Source of the DNA: Armatimonadota bacterium
GTDB taxonomy: Bacteria; Sysuimicrobiota; Sysuimicrobiia; Sysuimicrobiales; Humicultoraceae
Direction of reading: 5' to 3'
NCBI GenBank assembly: GCA_037443365.1
Contig: JBBIOM010000005.1
Location: 5,760 to 69,759 of the forward strand
Length of the DNA: 64,000 nucleotides
A model generated the notes under the pieces. The model saw only the letters and a program-made list of their open reading frames with translations. It had not been told where the DNA came from and did not search any database. Position 1 is the stretch's first letter. Every line of letters begins with the position of its first letter. Shown piece by piece: positions 19,526-30,659 of the stretch. A program made the position numbers and the translations under genes.

Positions 19526-20575
19526 TTGCGCACCCCCACCACAGCGATCGTGCTCCTCGGGATGCTGATCGCGGTGGCCCCCTCTATCGGGGCCGCGGAT
19601 ACCCCTCGCCTTCCCGTTCCGTCCGTAGATGTTCCGGCTTCCGCCGAGGATGCTCTCCGGCAGATGGCCGCGGCGCGGCCGTCCGCGCGCGCTGTTCGGC
19701 AGATCGTCGAGGCAGAGGCGGCGGCAAGAGCGGCGATCGAGGCGCCCGCCCCAAACCCTGCTCGTGTCACGTACACGGTGCAGGCCGGGGATACGCTCTG
19801 GACGATAGCGCAGCGGCACGGTGTCGCGGTCGAGGATCTCGCCTCGGCCAACCGCATCGCGCTGACTGCCATACTATCGTTGGGCAGGCAGCTATCGGTC
19901 CCAGCAGGCGGAGGCCCGGCTTCCCCCTCAGGACGCGCGGCCCATGCTTCCGCGCCGTCCGCGCGGCCCGCGGTGCACGTGGTGCGCAGCGGCGAGACCC
20001 TGTGGGAGATCGCCGGCCGCTACGGGACGCGGGTCGAGGAACTGATGGCGCTGAACGATCTGGGTCACTCCGACTGGATCAAGCCGGGGCAGCGGATCGT
20101 CGTTTCTTCCAGCGCGCTCCCGCGGCACCGCCAGATCGAGGTGCGGGCGCGTACCCGGCCCGGTCAGGCAGGACCAGTGATGGCCGATGTCTCGGTGCTG
20201 CGTTCCGGGGGGGCCTTCATCTGGCCGGCGCGCGGCACCCTGACCTCACGCTACGGCTGGCGGTACCGCCGACAGCACGAGGGCATTGACCTGGCCGCTC
20301 CTCGCGGCACGCCGATCTACGCGGCGCGCGATGGCGTCGTGGAGTACTCGGGGTGGAAGGGCGGATACGGGCGGGTGGTGTTTATCGGCCACGGCGGCGG
20401 TGTTACCACGGTGTACGGTCATGCATCGAAGCTCCTTGTGCAGCCCGGTCAGCGCGTCAAGAAAGGCCAACTGATAGCCCTCGTCGGCTGCACAGGCTAC
20501 TGCACGGGGCCACACCTGCACTTCGAGGTCCGCGTCAACGGACGCTCGGTCAACCCGCTGAGATACCTCCGCTGA
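19526..20575 (+). CDS. LysM (x2) / M23 family peptidoglycan endopeptidase
   Basis: GAGGAGG SD before TTG at 19526; signal peptide; YTVQAGDTLW and HVVRSGETLW LysM repeats; HEGID and HLHFE M23 motifs. Confidence 0.92.
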   Translation: MRTPTTAIVLLGMLIAVAPSIGAADTPRLPVPSVDVPASAEDALRQMAAARPSARAVRQIVEAEAAARAAIEAPAPNPARVTYTVQAGDTLWTIAQRHGVAVEDLASANRIALTAILSLGRQLSVPAGGGPASPSGRAAHASAPSARPAVHVVRSGETLWEIAGRYGTRVEELMALNDLGHSDWIKPGQRIVVSSSALPRHRQIEVRARTRPGQAGPVMADVSVLRSGGAFIWPARGTLTSRYGWRYRRQHEGIDLAAPRGTPIYAARDGVVEYSGWKGGYGRVVFIGHGGGVTTVYGHASKLLVQPGQRVKKGQLIALVGCTGYCTGPHLHFEVRVNGRSVNPLRYLR

Positions 20576-20582
20576 TCGCGCC

Positions 20583-20611
20583 TCGACGCTGGCGACCTGA
20601 TCTGATATAAT
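20583..20611 (+). promoter_or_regulatory. Sigma70-type promoter for rpmE
   Basis: TCGACG, 17-nt spacer, TATAAT with an extended TG. Confidence 0.6.
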
Positions 20612-20654
20612 CGCGCGTGTTCCCACGACCCCAGGCGGCAACCAGGAGAAGGAC

Positions 20655-20861
20655 ATGAAGCAGGGCATCCACCCGCAATACCACGAGGCGCGCGTCACCT
20701 GCGCGTGCGGCGAGTCGTTCGTGACGGGATCCACCAAGAAGGCGATCCGCGTCGAGATCTGCTCCAAGTGCCATCCTTTCTACACCGGGCAGCGCAGGTA
20801 CGTTGACGCGGAGGGTAGGGTCCAGAAGTTCGCCCGCAAGTACGGCCTGAAGGTCCAGTAA
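20655..20861 (+). CDS. rpmE: 50S ribosomal protein L31 (zinc-binding type)
   Basis: [23 protein letters not shown]. Confidence 0.97.
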   Translation: MKQGIHPQYHEARVTCACGESFVTGSTKKAIRVEICSKCHPFYTGQRRYVDAEGRVQKFARKYGLKVQ

Positions 20862-20991
20862 CCCCACGCGTCCCCTGGCCCTGGCGCAGGTCGCTCTCTT
20901 CGCGGGTTCCGTCCTGGCGTGGAGCCCGCCGGCGGTTCCTCTCCCACGAGTTGAGACATCGGCGCCCAGGGTACAGCCGTGGGTCGTTGCC

Positions 20992-22020
20992 GTGGGCGCG
21001 CGCTCCGCGGTCTACGCTCTCCCCGGCGCGCCCGAGGAGGCCCTGACCGGATCGATCGCGCGCCTGCTGGACGGCCTCCTGGCGCAGGTCGAGCACGACA
21101 GCGGGATCGCGCCGGGCGGCTTGTTCATCTATCCGCTCTACCCGTCGCCGGAGCGGTTCCGGAGGGACTGGTGGCAGTTCGCCGTTCTCCGGGGCACCAC
21201 GTTGCACGGCTGGGGGACCCTCATCGAGGACGGCAAGGCGCATGTCTCCCCCTACCAGATAGCGCGGATTGTCACGCGCCGGGAGGTGGGGCGGGCCGTG
21301 CCGCTCCTGTCCTGGGGGCTGGGGGACCTCATCGCCGATCGGCTGGCGGGAGTTGACAGCCACGCTCACGCGAAGCTGGTTCTCGAGCGAGAAGGACTCC
21401 CTGAGGTGGCGCAGATAGTCCACCAGCTCGACTTCAGCCGGGCCCTGCCGGCCTCCTACCTCCAGAGCGTGTCGTTCCTCGCCTATCTGGCCGAGGAGCA
21501 CGGCATGCATCGCGTGGTTGCGTTTGCACGCGCTGCGGGTGGACGATGGTACGACTTCCACGAGGTGTTCCAGCGCGAGTTTGGCGTTTCTGTGGGCGAG
21601 GCCGAAGGGCGCTGGCGCGCGCGGCTTGCGCAGACGGCATCCCCGCGTCTCTCGGACGCCGAGTTCCGGGGCTACGTGCGTGGGCTGGAGTATGCATGCG
21701 CCTACACGCTGGCTCAGTCTCCGGGTCGGCTGGTTTCCAGGCCCGGCGGCGCGATAGCCTACGTCGAGGCGCTGCGCGCGACCGGGGCCCTGCGCCGGTT
21801 CGACGTGACGGAGGCCGCCCGGTCGGTCGCGGCCGGGCGGCGAGCCGCGGAGCAGGTCCAGCGGCGGACCCTGCGCACGCGGCTTGCGACCACGACGGCG
21901 CTGTGGGCGCTGGGCCTGGGCCCGATCGTTCTGGCCGTGCTGCTCCTCGCATGGCCGGCCATCCGCGGCGCCTGGCGCAGCCGGGGCCGCAGGCGCGCAC
22001 ACACCAGGAGGGCGGGATGA
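20992..22020 (+). CDS. Membrane-anchored hypothetical protein resembling a degenerate peptidase-MA (gluzincin-like) domain
   Basis: [17 protein letters not shown]...FQREFGVS...EGRW tail typical of peptidase-MA-like proteins; C-terminal TM helix; frame is open back to about 20851 with a hydrophobic stretch, so the start may be near 20875. Confidence 0.55.
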   Translation: MGARSAVYALPGAPEEALTGSIARLLDGLLAQVEHDSGIAPGGLFIYPLYPSPERFRRDWWQFAVLRGTTLHGWGTLIEDGKAHVSPYQIARIVTRREVGRAVPLLSWGLGDLIADRLAGVDSHAHAKLVLEREGLPEVAQIVHQLDFSRALPASYLQSVSFLAYLAEEHGMHRVVAFARAAGGRWYDFHEVFQREFGVSVGEAEGRWRARLAQTASPRLSDAEFRGYVRGLEYACAYTLAQSPGRLVSRPGGAIAYVEALRATGALRRFDVTEAARSVAAGRRAAEQVQRRTLRTRLATTTALWALGLGPIVLAVLLLAWPAIRGAWRSRGRRRAHTRRAG

Positions 22021-22607
22021 ATCGCGCGACCGGAACCATAGAGATCATCTGCGGGAGCATGTTCAGCGGCAAGACCGAAGAGCTCATCCGGCGCGTGCGT
22101 CGAGCGCAGATCGCCCGCCAACGCGTGGCCGTCTTCAAGCACGCGCTGGACGATCGCTACGGGGCCGGCTCGATCACATCGCACAACGGCGTGCGCATCG
22201 AGGCGGTACCCGTGACCCGCAGCGCCGAGATCCTGACCCAGGTGGCCCCGGGTGTGGAGGTCGTGGCCGTGGACGAGGTGCAGTTCCTCGACGACGGGAT
22301 CGGGCAGGTGGCCGCGGCGCTTGCCGGTAGGGGCATCCGCGTCCTGCTTGCCGGGCTCGACACCGATTTCCGCGGAGCCCCCTTCGGCCCCATACCCCAC
22401 CTGCTTGCCGTCGCCGAGGAGGTCACCAAGCTCCAGGCGATCTGCATGCGGTGTGGGGCGCCGGCCAGTCGTACCCAGCGCCTGGTCGAGGGCCACCCCG
22501 CGCACTACGGCGATCCGGTGATCCTGGTGGGAGCGCGGGAGTCATACGAGGCGCGCTGCAGGAGATGCCACGAGGTGCCAGGGCGCCCCGGCGACGCGGT
22601 GCTATAA
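22017..22607 (+). CDS. tdk: Thymidine kinase
   Basis: [26 protein letters not shown]...YEARCRRC zinc motif. Confidence 0.96.
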   Translation: MNRATGTIEIICGSMFSGKTEELIRRVRRAQIARQRVAVFKHALDDRYGAGSITSHNGVRIEAVPVTRSAEILTQVAPGVEVVAVDEVQFLDDGIGQVAAALAGRGIRVLLAGLDTDFRGAPFGPIPHLLAVAEEVTKLQAICMRCGAPASRTQRLVEGHPAHYGDPVILVGARESYEARCRRCHEVPGRPGDAVL

Positions 22608-22617
22608 TCGGAGCGGC

Positions 22618-23702
<1,085 letters not shown>

Positions 23703-23706
<4 letters not shown>

Positions 23707-24569
23707 GGACCATCGCCGACGCCTGGCTGGCCGGCAAGGAGCGCCTGGCTGCAAGCGGGGTTGAAGAGGCCGGCCCGACGGCCGAGGTCCTCTTGCGCCA
23801 TGCGCTCGACCTGACACGCGCGCAGCTCTACACCGCGTGGAACAGTCCGATTCCAGAGGACGCCAGGATCCAGTACCTGCGCTGTGTCGGCGAGCGCGCA
23901 CGCGGGCGGCCGCTGGCCTACATCGTCGGCCGCCGTGAGTTCATGGGGCTCGACTTTCTGGTTGACGAGCGGGTCCTGATCCCGCGGCCCGAGACCGAAA
24001 CGCTGGTGGAGGTCGTGCTGGAACTGGTGCGCTCCTCCACCGCGCCCGTCGTGGCCGATATCGGCACGGGCAGCGGTGCAATCGCGGTTTCCGTCGCGGT
24101 CCTGCGGCCCGACGCCGCGGTGGTGGCAACCGATATCTCGCCCGAGGCCCTGGAGGTGGCGCGCGCCAACGCTTCACGGCACGCCGTGGCGGAGCGCATC
24201 ACCTTCCTTGCCGGCGACCTGCTGGAACCGCTGATTGATGCCGGATGGCGGCTCGACGTGCTTGCATGTAATCCACCTTACCTGGATTTGGAAGCCGCCG
24301 CAGGGCTGCCGCGCGAGATCCGGGAGTTCGAGCCTCCCCTGGCGGTCGTGGCGCCGGAGTGCGGCGAGAGCGTGCACGCCCGGCTGGTGGATGCCGCGCC
24401 GGGCGCGCTGCGGCCCGGCGGCTGGCTGGTGCTCGAGGTGGCAGCAGGCCAGGCGCCGCGCGTGGTCGAACTCCTCAGGGGAAGGACCGTCTACGACGAA
24501 GCGCTGGTCCGGCGCGACGGCCTGGGTTGGGACCGTGTGGTCGCGGCCCGCTGGTCCGGCCGAGAATAG
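23703..24569 (+). CDS. prmC: Release factor glutamine methyltransferase
   Basis: [20 protein letters not shown]; follows prfA. Confidence 0.95.
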
Positions 24570-24602
24570 TCGCGCTGTTGCCGAGTGTGGGAGGTGGTCT
24601 GT

Positions 24603-25052
24603 GTGCGGATAGCGATCGGCGGAGACCACGCTGGGGTGATTCTGAAAGCCGAGGTGGCACGGCTACTGCTCGAGCTGAGGCACGAGGTGCGCGACTTCGG
24701 CACCAGTTCGGTCGAGCCCGTGGACTATCCCGACTACTGCATCGCGGTGGCCGAGGCCGTGGCGCACGGCGATGCGGACCGGGGCATCATCTTCGGCGGG
24801 ACCGGCAACGGCGAGGCGATGGCCGCCAACAAGGTCCGCGGCATCCGCTGCGCTGTGGTGCACGATGTCACGACGGCCAGGTTGGCCCGATCCCACAACG
24901 ACTCCAACATGATCGCGCTGGGCGCGCGCATCGTCGGCCAAGAGGTGGCCAAGGAGATAGTCCGCACCTGGTTGACCACCCCGTTTGAGGGCGGGCGGCA
25001 CATCCCGCGGCTCGAGAAGATCGCGCGGTACGAGGCGGCGCACAAGAAGTAA
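24603..25052 (+). CDS. rpiB: Ribose 5-phosphate isomerase B family protein
   Basis: GGDHAG, DYPD, GGTGNGE, ANKVRGIR, HNDSN, FEGGRH. Confidence 0.93.
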   Translation: MRIAIGGDHAGVILKAEVARLLLELRHEVRDFGTSSVEPVDYPDYCIAVAEAVAHGDADRGIIFGGTGNGEAMAANKVRGIRCAVVHDVTTARLARSHNDSNMIALGARIVGQEVAKEIVRTWLTTPFEGGRHIPRLEKIARYEAAHKK

Positions 25053-25071
25053 GGGCCGCCGGGCGCCCGAG

Positions 25072-26400
25072 CTACGGGATTCCCGGCACCGGGAACCCCT
25101 GGCACAGAGCGCGCACTTCCTCCCGGATGGCCGCGAGGCGAGGGGAGGTCTCGATCGCGGCGCGGAACTCCTTCAAGACCCGGTTCCTGGCTTCTTTCTC
25201 CTCGGGCAGCCGGAACCCGGCGATCTCCTCGCGCACCGCAGCCATCCAGTCCGCGATCCGGGCCATCTCGGCCTCGCGCATGCCGCGCGTCGTCGCCGCC
25301 GGCGTGCCCAGGCGCACGCCCGAGGGGTAGAACGCGGACGAGGGCTCGCCGGGGATCGTGTTCTTGTTGACCGTGATCCCGACCGCGTCCAGGGCTTCCT
25401 GCATCAGGACGCCCCGGCCGGCGCCGTCGGGCGTGAGGTCCACCAGCAGCATGTGGTTGTCCGTCCCGCCCGCGACAAGCCTGAATCCCAGGCGCGCCAG
25501 CGCCGCGGCCAGCGCGCGCGCGTTCGCCACTATCTGCGCGGCGTAGGCGCGGAATTCGGGCCGGGAGGCCTCGTCCAGCGCCACCGCGATCGCGGCGGTG
25601 GTGTGGTCGTGCGGGCCGCCCTGCAGGCCGGGAAAGATCGCCCGATCCACCTTCTCGGGGAGTTGCCGGTCCTTGGCCACGCCTCGGTGGGTGACCATGA
25701 TCAGCGCGCCGCGAGGGCCACGCAGCGTCTTGTGGGTGGTGGTGGTGACGATGTGCGCGTGCTCGACCGGGCTGGGGTGCGCGCCGCCGGCTACGAGTCC
25801 CGCGATGTGGGCTATGTCCGCGGCCAGATACGCCCCCACATCGTCTGCGATCTCGGCGAACCGCGCGAACGGCATCTCCCGCACGTAGGCGGTCGCGCCG
25901 CACCAGATCAGGCGAGGCCGCACCTCGCGGGCGAGGCGACGCACCTCGTCGAAGTCTATCTCGCCGTCGGCCCGCACGTGGTACGGCACGCTTCGGTAGA
26001 AGATGCCGGTGGCGCTCACCTTCCACCCGTGCGTCAGGTGGCCGCCGTCGGTCAGGTTCTGGCCCATGATGACGTCGCCCGGCTCGCATACGGCCAGATA
26101 GACCGCCAGATTGGCGGGGCTCCCGGAGTAGGGTTGGACGTTCACGTGCGGCACCCGGAACATGTCCCTCGCACGCCGCTGCGCCAGCCGCTCGATCTCG
26201 TCTATGTGCTCGTTGCCGCCATAGTACCTGCGGCCCGGATACCCCTCCGAGTACTTGTTGGTGAGGATCGAGCCCATCGCCTCGAGCACGGCGGGGGAGG
26301 TGTAGTTCTCGGACGGTATCAGCTCGATGCCTTCCCGCTGCCGCGTGCGTTCGTGCGACATCATTGCGTGCAGTTCTGGGTCCTGCTTCTCGAGGATCAT
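25072..26400 (-). CDS. glyA: Serine hydroxymethyltransferase
   Basis: LIPSEN, NKYSEGYPGRRYYGG, GGHLTHG, TTTHKTLRGPRG, GLQGGP. Confidence 0.97.
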   Translation of the reverse strand: MILEKQDPELHAMMSHERTRQREGIELIPSENYTSPAVLEAMGSILTNKYSEGYPGRRYYGGNEHIDEIERLAQRRARDMFRVPHVNVQPYSGSPANLAVYLAVCEPGDVIMGQNLTDGGHLTHGWKVSATGIFYRSVPYHVRADGEIDFDEVRRLAREVRPRLIWCGATAYVREMPFARFAEIADDVGAYLAADIAHIAGLVAGGAHPSPVEHAHIVTTTTHKTLRGPRGALIMVTHRGVAKDRQLPEKVDRAIFPGLQGGPHDHTTAAIAVALDEASRPEFRAYAAQIVANARALAAALARLGFRLVAGGTDNHMLLVDLTPDGAGRGVLMQEALDAVGITVNKNTIPGEPSSAFYPSGVRLGTPAATTRGMREAEMARIADWMAAVREEIAGFRLPEEKEARNRVLKEFRAAIETSPRLAAIREEVRALCQGFPVPGIP

Positions 26401-26537
26401 CACGGACCTCCAACGGGCACCTTTGTCATCTACGGATTGACTTCGGCGGCCACCCGCGGCATGCCTCTTGCGGGAGGACTGGTTTCCCGACGCATCGAAG
26501 CCGGTAGCGACTCCCAGACCATCCAGGAGGCCAGGCG

Positions 26538-27167
26538 ATGGCCAACGTGCATGTGTTCGACCACCCGCTGATCCGGCACAAGCTCACGATTCTGCGCGAC
26601 AAGCGCACCGGCCACAAGGAGTTCCGCGAGATCACCGAGGAGCTGGCCGCGCTGATGGCCTACGAGGCGACCCGCTCGCACCCCGTGCGAAGGGTGGAGG
26701 TGGAGACCCCGCTCGCCAAGACCACCGGCTGGTCCATCGCCGGACAGGAGCTCGCGGTGGTCCCGATCTTGCGGGCCGGACTGGTGATGGAGACGGCGAT
26801 TACGCGGCTGATTCCCACCGCGCGGGTCGGACACATAGGCATGTACCGCGATCACGATACCTTGGAGCCGGTCAGCTACTTCGTGAAGCTGCCGGCCGAC
26901 ATCGCCGAGCGCGAGGCGATGATCCTCGATCCCATGCTGGCCACCGGCGGTTCCACGGTGGAGGCGGTAAACACCCTCAAGGCCCACGGATGCCACAACA
27001 TCAAAGTGATGGCGATCATCTCGGCGCCAGAGGGGATCAAGAAGGTCCAGGATGCCCACCCGGACGTTGAGATCTACACCGCCGAGGTGGACAGCCACCT
27101 CAACGACAAGGGCTACATAGTGCCCGGTTTGGGAGACGCGGGCGACCGCCTGTTCGGCACCAAGTAG
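26538..27167 (+). CDS. upp: Uracil phosphoribosyltransferase
   Basis: [41 protein letters not shown]. Confidence 0.97.
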   Translation: MANVHVFDHPLIRHKLTILRDKRTGHKEFREITEELAALMAYEATRSHPVRRVEVETPLAKTTGWSIAGQELAVVPILRAGLVMETAITRLIPTARVGHIGMYRDHDTLEPVSYFVKLPADIAEREAMILDPMLATGGSTVEAVNTLKAHGCHNIKVMAIISAPEGIKKVQDAHPDVEIYTAEVDSHLNDKGYIVPGLGDAGDRLFGTK

Positions 27168-27175
27168 ATACGCCC

Positions 27176-28909
27176 GTGAGCGTCGTCGCCGCCGTCCTGG
27201 CCTTCCTTCTGGGAAGCATCCCCGCCGGGTACGCGGTCGGCCGGCTCCGCCGCGGCGTGGATCTGCGCCGCTACAGCGCGCACAACCTCGGTCTCGGAAC
27301 GGTTGCGGCCGCGGCCGGGACGCTCACCCTCGCGCTGGCAGCGGCGCTTGACCTCATCAAGGGAGGACTGGCGGTTGCCGCCGCGCGGTTGCTGGGTGGC
27401 GGCGACTGGGCCCTTGCCGCCTCTGCGATTGCGGTCGTGGCCGGGCACGCCTTCTCGCCCTTCTGGCTGCTTGCGCCGCCGGCACGCGCGCGCCTGAAGG
27501 GCACCGCGGTGGTGGCGGGGACGTTGCTTGGGTTGGGTGCCCTGGCCGCGGTTCCGCCGGCTGCGATTGCGGCTGCCGTGGGTGTGGCAGCGCTGAGCCT
27601 GATCCTGCCTTGGATCACTGGCAGGCGCTGGGGCTATCTCTCGCTGGCGACCGTGCTCGCGACGGCCAGCCTTCCTGTGGCACTGTGGGTGCTGGGGGGG
27701 CGAGTGCCCTACCTGGCGCTGTCCGCGGCGCTGGCGCTTATCTCCTTGTGGAACCACAAGGAGCATCTGGCGCGGATCGCCGACGGCACCGAGCCCAGGA
27801 TGGGCGAGCGTCTTCCCCTGCCGCGGCTCCCCGGCGACGATGCCGTCTGCGCGTTTCTGATCCACCCGATGACCGTTGACGACAACTGGGAGGCCGGCAG
27901 GTTTCGCTGGCTCCTGCCCCTGCGCCGCCGCGGACTGATCGGCGACGCGTTCGTTCGGCGATTGGCGCGATTCGTACGGCCCATGAAGGTGGACGACCTC
28001 CACCCGGTGATCACCAGGGACGGCAGGCGCGCGCGCGTCTACCTGATAGGGGTCCCGATGCTGCCCGATCAGATCAGGGCCGACCCCGGCCTGGCCGTGC
28101 GCCGCGCGGTGCAGGCCGCTCACCTGGCCGAGAACCTGGGAGCCACGGTGCTGGGGCTGGGCGCCTACTGGTCCGTTGTGGGTGGCAAGGGCGTCGAGGT
28201 GGCAGGAAGATCCGGGATCGCGGTGACCAACGGCGGCGCTTACACCGCCGGCACCGTGAGGATGGCTGTGCCATTGATACTCGAGCGCCTTCGCTCGCGC
28301 GGCGTCGACCCGTCCGGCGCCACGATCGCGGTGGTCGGCGCAGGCGGCGTCGTGGGATTCGGTATCTGCCGCCAGATAGCCGGGTGTGTGGGACGCCTGA
28401 TCATGCTGGGGACCGATGCCCCACGCCTGGAGCGCTCGCGGGAGCTGCTGGCTCGCCGCCACCCCGGCCTTCGCATCGAGACGACGACCGACCACGCGGC
28501 GCTGCGGCAGGCCGACGCCATCTTCACCGCCACCTCCTCGCCGCGCCCGGTCGTCTTCCCCGAGCACGTCAGGGAGGGGTGCCTCATCATAGACCTGGGA
28601 AGGCCCTACGATGTGGACGAGTCAGTGAAGGCGACACCTGGCGTCGAGGTGATCCCGGGAGGAGTCGTGCGTCTTCCGGGGAATCCCAGGTGGCAAATCA
28701 ACCTGGGGTACGGGCCGGGACTCGTGCCCGCGTGCTTGGCGGAGACGGCGATCATCGCGCTGGACGGCTGCACCCAGCGCGTGAGCCTGGGTGATCGCAC
28801 GAGAGCCGAGGACATCGAGTACCTGATGGCACGGGCGGCCGAGATGGGGTTCGAGGTCATTGCTAGGGCGATCGGGAGGGTCGGTGATGACGAAAGAGCA
28901 GGTGCTTGA
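27176..28909 (+). CDS. Fusion of a PlsY-like membrane acyltransferase domain and an acyl-ACP-reductase-like Rossmann domain
   Basis: N-terminal FLLGSIP, DLIKG, GHAF, HKEHLARIADGTEP; C-terminal AFLIHP, LGLGAYWS, TNGGAYTAG, VVGAGGVVG, DLGRPYDV, ACLAET. Confidence 0.8.
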   Translation: MSVVAAVLAFLLGSIPAGYAVGRLRRGVDLRRYSAHNLGLGTVAAAAGTLTLALAAALDLIKGGLAVAAARLLGGGDWALAASAIAVVAGHAFSPFWLLAPPARARLKGTAVVAGTLLGLGALAAVPPAAIAAAVGVAALSLILPWITGRRWGYLSLATVLATASLPVALWVLGGRVPYLALSAALALISLWNHKEHLARIADGTEPRMGERLPLPRLPGDDAVCAFLIHPMTVDDNWEAGRFRWLLPLRRRGLIGDAFVRRLARFVRPMKVDDLHPVITRDGRRARVYLIGVPMLPDQIRADPGLAVRRAVQAAHLAENLGATVLGLGAYWSVVGGKGVEVAGRSGIAVTNGGAYTAGTVRMAVPLILERLRSRGVDPSGATIAVVGAGGVVGFGICRQIAGCVGRLIMLGTDAPRLERSRELLARRHPGLRIETTTDHAALRQADAIFTATSSPRPVVFPEHVREGCLIIDLGRPYDVDESVKATPGVEVIPGGVVRLPGNPRWQINLGYGPGLVPACLAETAIIALDGCTQRVSLGDRTRAEDIEYLMARAAEMGFEVIARAIGRVGDDERAGA

Positions 28910-30209
28910 GCAGGCCCGCGAGTGGGGTGTGAGGTTCGTCCGCCTGCAGTTCACGGACATCCTGGGCACCCTCAAGAACGTGGAGATACCGGTCGAGCAG
29001 CTCGAGAGGGCCCTCGATAACGAGATCTTGTTCGATGGCTCCTCCATCGAGGGCTTCGTGCGCATAGAAGAGTCGGACATGTACCTCGCGCCCGATCCTG
29101 CGACCTTCGCGCTCTTCCCCTGGAAGAACCGGGGAGGGGCCACGGCGCGCCTGATATGCGACATCCATACCACAGACCGGGAGCCGTTCGCGGGCGATCC
29201 CCGCCACGTGCTGCGGCGCGTTGTGGCCTCCGCCGCGCGCAGCGGGTTCACCATGATGGCCGGGCCCGAGTGCGAGTTCTTCATCTTCCCCACCGACGCC
29301 GACGGCCGGCCGAGGCTGACCACGCACGATCGGGCCGGCTACTTCGACATGGCGCCCGTGGACAAGGGCGAAGAAGCGCGGGCCGACATGGTGACCGCGC
29401 TGACCGCCATGGGCTTCGAGGTCGAGGCAGGGCATCACGAGGTGGCCCACGGTCAGCACGAGATTGACTTCAAGTACACCGATGTGCTGCGCTCGGCCGA
29501 CAACATCGCCACCTTCCGCCTGGTGGTGCGCACGATCGCCCGCCAGCACGGGCTTCACGCGACATTCATGCCCAAGCCCATCGCCGGCATCGCCGGGTCG
29601 GGCATGCACACGCACCAGTCGCTCTACAGCAACGGGACGAACGCCTTCTTCGATCCCCAGGGCCCCTACCAGCTCAGCAAGACCTGCCTCCAGTACGTGG
29701 GCGGGCTGCTGGCCCACGCGCGCGGCATGTGCGCGGTGACAAACCCGCTGGTCAACTCCTACAAGCGCCTCGTGCCCGGTTACGAGGCGCCGGTCTACAT
29801 CGCCTGGGCCGCGCAGAACCGGTCGCCGCTCGTACGCGTCCCGGTGGCGCGCGGGAACGCCACGCGCATCGAACTGCGCATGCCGGATCCGTCCTGCAAC
29901 CCCTACCTGGCCATGGCGGTGATGCTGGCCTCCGGCCTCGACGGCATCGCCAGGGGGCTGGATGCCGGCCCGCCGCTCAACCGCAACATCTACGCGATGA
30001 CCGAGGACGAGCTGGACAAGCTGGGCATTCGCGTTCTCCCCAGGGACCTCAACGAGGCGGTGGACGAGCTCCTGGCCGACGATCTCATGTGCGAGACGCT
30101 CGGCGGGCACATCCTGGACCACCTGACGCGCGCCAAGCGCCTGGAGTACCGGGAGTATGCCACGCGCGTGCACCCCTGGGAGGTAGAGAACTACCTGACG
30201 GCGTTCTAG
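28887..30209 (+). CDS. glnA: Glutamine synthetase type I
   Basis: LQFTDILG, FDGSSIEGFVRIEESDM, HHEVAHGQHEI, FMPKP, GSGMH, NSYKRLVPGYEAP, RIELRMPD. Confidence 0.96.
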   Translation: MTKEQVLEQAREWGVRFVRLQFTDILGTLKNVEIPVEQLERALDNEILFDGSSIEGFVRIEESDMYLAPDPATFALFPWKNRGGATARLICDIHTTDREPFAGDPRHVLRRVVASAARSGFTMMAGPECEFFIFPTDADGRPRLTTHDRAGYFDMAPVDKGEEARADMVTALTAMGFEVEAGHHEVAHGQHEIDFKYTDVLRSADNIATFRLVVRTIARQHGLHATFMPKPIAGIAGSGMHTHQSLYSNGTNAFFDPQGPYQLSKTCLQYVGGLLAHARGMCAVTNPLVNSYKRLVPGYEAPVYIAWAAQNRSPLVRVPVARGNATRIELRMPDPSCNPYLAMAVMLASGLDGIARGLDAGPPLNRNIYAMTEDELDKLGIRVLPRDLNEAVDELLADDLMCETLGGHILDHLTRAKRLEYREYATRVHPWEVENYLTAF

Positions 30210-30653
30210 ATGGGCCGACCTTCCTGGGACGTCTACTTCATGCGGATGGCGGAACTGGCGGCCAGCCGCTCGACCTGCGTGCGCCGTCAGGTCGGCGCGG
30301 TGGTGGTCAAGGACCGGATGGTTCTCTCGACAGGATACAACGACACTCCCCGAGGGCTGCCCAACTGCGGCGACGGCGGCTGCGAGCGGTGCGCGAGCGA
30401 CGCGCCCCCAGGTGCGGCCCACGACACCTGTCTGTGCCTGCACGCCGAGCAGAACGCGATAATCCAGGCGGCCTACCACGGCGTCGCCATCGCGGGTGCC
30501 GCGATCTACGTCACGCATCAGCCGTGCCTCGTCTGCGCCAAGATGATCCTCAACGCCGGACTGCGGCGCGTCGTCTTCGGCGGCGAGTACCCGGATGAGA
30601 TGGCGCGCCAGGTACTGGAGTCAGGAGGGGTTGAACTGGCTCGCCTGGCGTGA
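30210..30653 (+). CDS. dCMP deaminase / ComEB family protein
   Basis: RPSWDVYFM, RSTC, TGYN, HAEQN, PCLVC. Confidence 0.92.
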   Translation: MGRPSWDVYFMRMAELAASRSTCVRRQVGAVVVKDRMVLSTGYNDTPRGLPNCGDGGCERCASDAPPGAAHDTCLCLHAEQNAIIQAAYHGVAIAGAAIYVTHQPCLVCAKMILNAGLRRVVFGGEYPDEMARQVLESGGVELARLA

Positions 30654-30659
30654 TATACT
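30631..30659 (+). promoter_or_regulatory. Sigma70-type promoter for the DEAD-box helicase
   Basis: TTGAAC (30631-30636), 17-nt spacer, TATACT (30654-30659) with an extended TG. Confidence 0.72.

Noticed and set aside
17302-19872. 856-aa minus-strand ORF
   Set aside because: Antisense shadow of tal and rho caused by high-GC codon bias; no recognisable motifs.
26404-26537. Possible ZTP or THF riboswitch before glyA, or PyrR site before upp
   Set aside because: Only short hairpins are present; I could not find the consensus elements on either strand.
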